The notes under the pieces were generated by a model, which was not told where the DNA came from, searched no databases, and worked only from the letters and a program-made list of their open reading frames with translations. A program made the translations under genes and the position numbers. From Moniliella sp. 'wahieum' (taxonomy: Eukaryota): a stretch of 60,803 nucleotides of DNA. Positions within the stretch are counted from its first letter, which is position 1; the number at the start of each line of letters is the position of its first letter. The stretch is taken from positions 186,001 to 246,803 of the forward strand of contig RSEE01000095.1 of assembly GCA_003971905.1 (NCBI GenBank). The letters are read 5' to 3'. Below are positions 59,971 to 60,803 of the stretch, piece by piece.

Positions 59971-60206
59971 CGCGCCAGGGGGGTCAGCCGCTTGTTGGGC
60001 TCACCCGTCACCCGTCACCGCGTCACTGCATCATTTCAATCGTGCAAATATCATCGATCATCGATCACCGGGCGACGGAAAGCGCCTCCATTAACCATTG
60101 CTCGACGAACGCATTCGCGAGCGACGAGCGCCAGTGCAGCGACCAAGACGCACCGCTCGGATCGCGTCTCTTGCCACCACCGCCAGCTGCCCCCTCCCGC
60201 CTTGCT

Positions 60207-60460
60207 CCCGACCCACATCTTGCCACGGACCAGATCGACATCCCACTACGCAGCATCGCTTCGTTCTCCTCGCTCTTGGGCGTAGATGAGAGGAACAACA
60301 GGCAGGTAGGGGGTGGTTCTCATGCATTCCATGCCGACTGGCTGTTTGGGAGGATGAACGTACGAAGAAGACCGCAGGGAGCCCGCGAGTGCGGTCCCTC
60401 ACGCCGCAAGCCAGAGCCAGCCATCCCACAAACATGCCCCTCAAGCAAGGACGACAAACA
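60207..60460 (+). repeat. Diverged subtelomeric direct repeat, copy 2
   Basis: Aligns by eye with 56020-56270. Confidence 0.8.
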
Positions 60461-60537
60461 CAACGCTTCCTCCAGCCCACCAGGTCTAGGGTGCGCCCGG
60501 ACCAGTCAGGTGATACCAGTCCCAATGCAGAGCCCAC

Positions 60538-60571
60538 GGGTTAGGGGGTGAGGGTTAGGGGGGGTGGGTTA
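60538..60571 (+). repeat. Interstitial variant telomeric tract
   Basis: GGG TTAGGG GG TGAGGG TTAGGG GGGGT GGGTTA. Confidence 0.7.
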
Positions 60572-60731
60572 CAAGGGCATGCCCACCCCACCCATTCAGG
60601 GTTGGACAACTTTTGACTGGAAGACCACGGGAGTGAGTTAGTTTAGTAGCCCAGGCTGTAGCTATCCACCCATACCACTCTCACTGTGATGCGACGCCTG
60701 TCTTGGTGTGTCGGGGGGGTGTGTCGGCATG

Positions 60732-60803
60732 GTGGTGGTTAGGGTGGGTGAGTTGAGGGGGGTGAGGGTTAGGGTGGGGTGGGTGAGTTAGGGTTAGGGT
60801 TAG
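60732..60803 (+). repeat. Telomere start: variant G-rich repeats grading into canonical TTAGGG
   Basis: ggtggttagggtgggtgagttgaggggggtgagggttagggtggggtgggtgag then TTAGGG TTAGGG TTAG (60788-60803) at the window end. Confidence 0.8.

Noticed and set aside
1..60803. tRNA, rRNA or other structured RNA genes
   Set aside because: None recognised by eye; a covariance-model search (tRNAscan-SE, Infernal) would be needed to exclude them.

Overview
GC-rich, intron-poor eukaryotic DNA ending in TTAGGG repeats, i.e. probably the last ~61 kb of a fungal chromosome arm. It is a basidiomycete, most likely Ustilaginomycotina (inference from short GTRNGT...CTRAC...YAG introns and a Fox1-type forkhead gene). 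The gene-dense part (1-50 kb) holds RPL3, a COA8/APOPT1-like gene, a FabD/Mct1-like gene, two Pil1/Lsp1-like BAR genes, USO1, a forkhead factor, a WD40 gene, VMA3, a head-to-head ENP1/RMT3 pair, a RanBP1-domain gene, TSC1 and a fatty-acid hydroxylase/sterol desaturase. The ~10 kb subtelomere holds a decayed Ty3/Gypsy element, a decayed CRE-clade (MoTeR/Cnl1-like) non-LTR element, a diverged direct repeat and variant telomere tracts. A second CRE-clade relic lies internally at ~23-24.6 kb. Many conserved genes carry 1-2 nt indels that look like uncorrected long-read errors, so many CDS limits are approximate. Best leads: (1) a FabD/Mct1 homolog whose catalytic Ser, Arg and His positions are all substituted (candidate pseudoenzyme); (2) recurrent short arrays with 7-bp periodicity but different unit sequences in many intergenic/promoter regions; (3) telomere-associated CRE retroelements, including a possible relic of a former chromosome end. 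All family calls come from motif recognition by eye; no database search was run.
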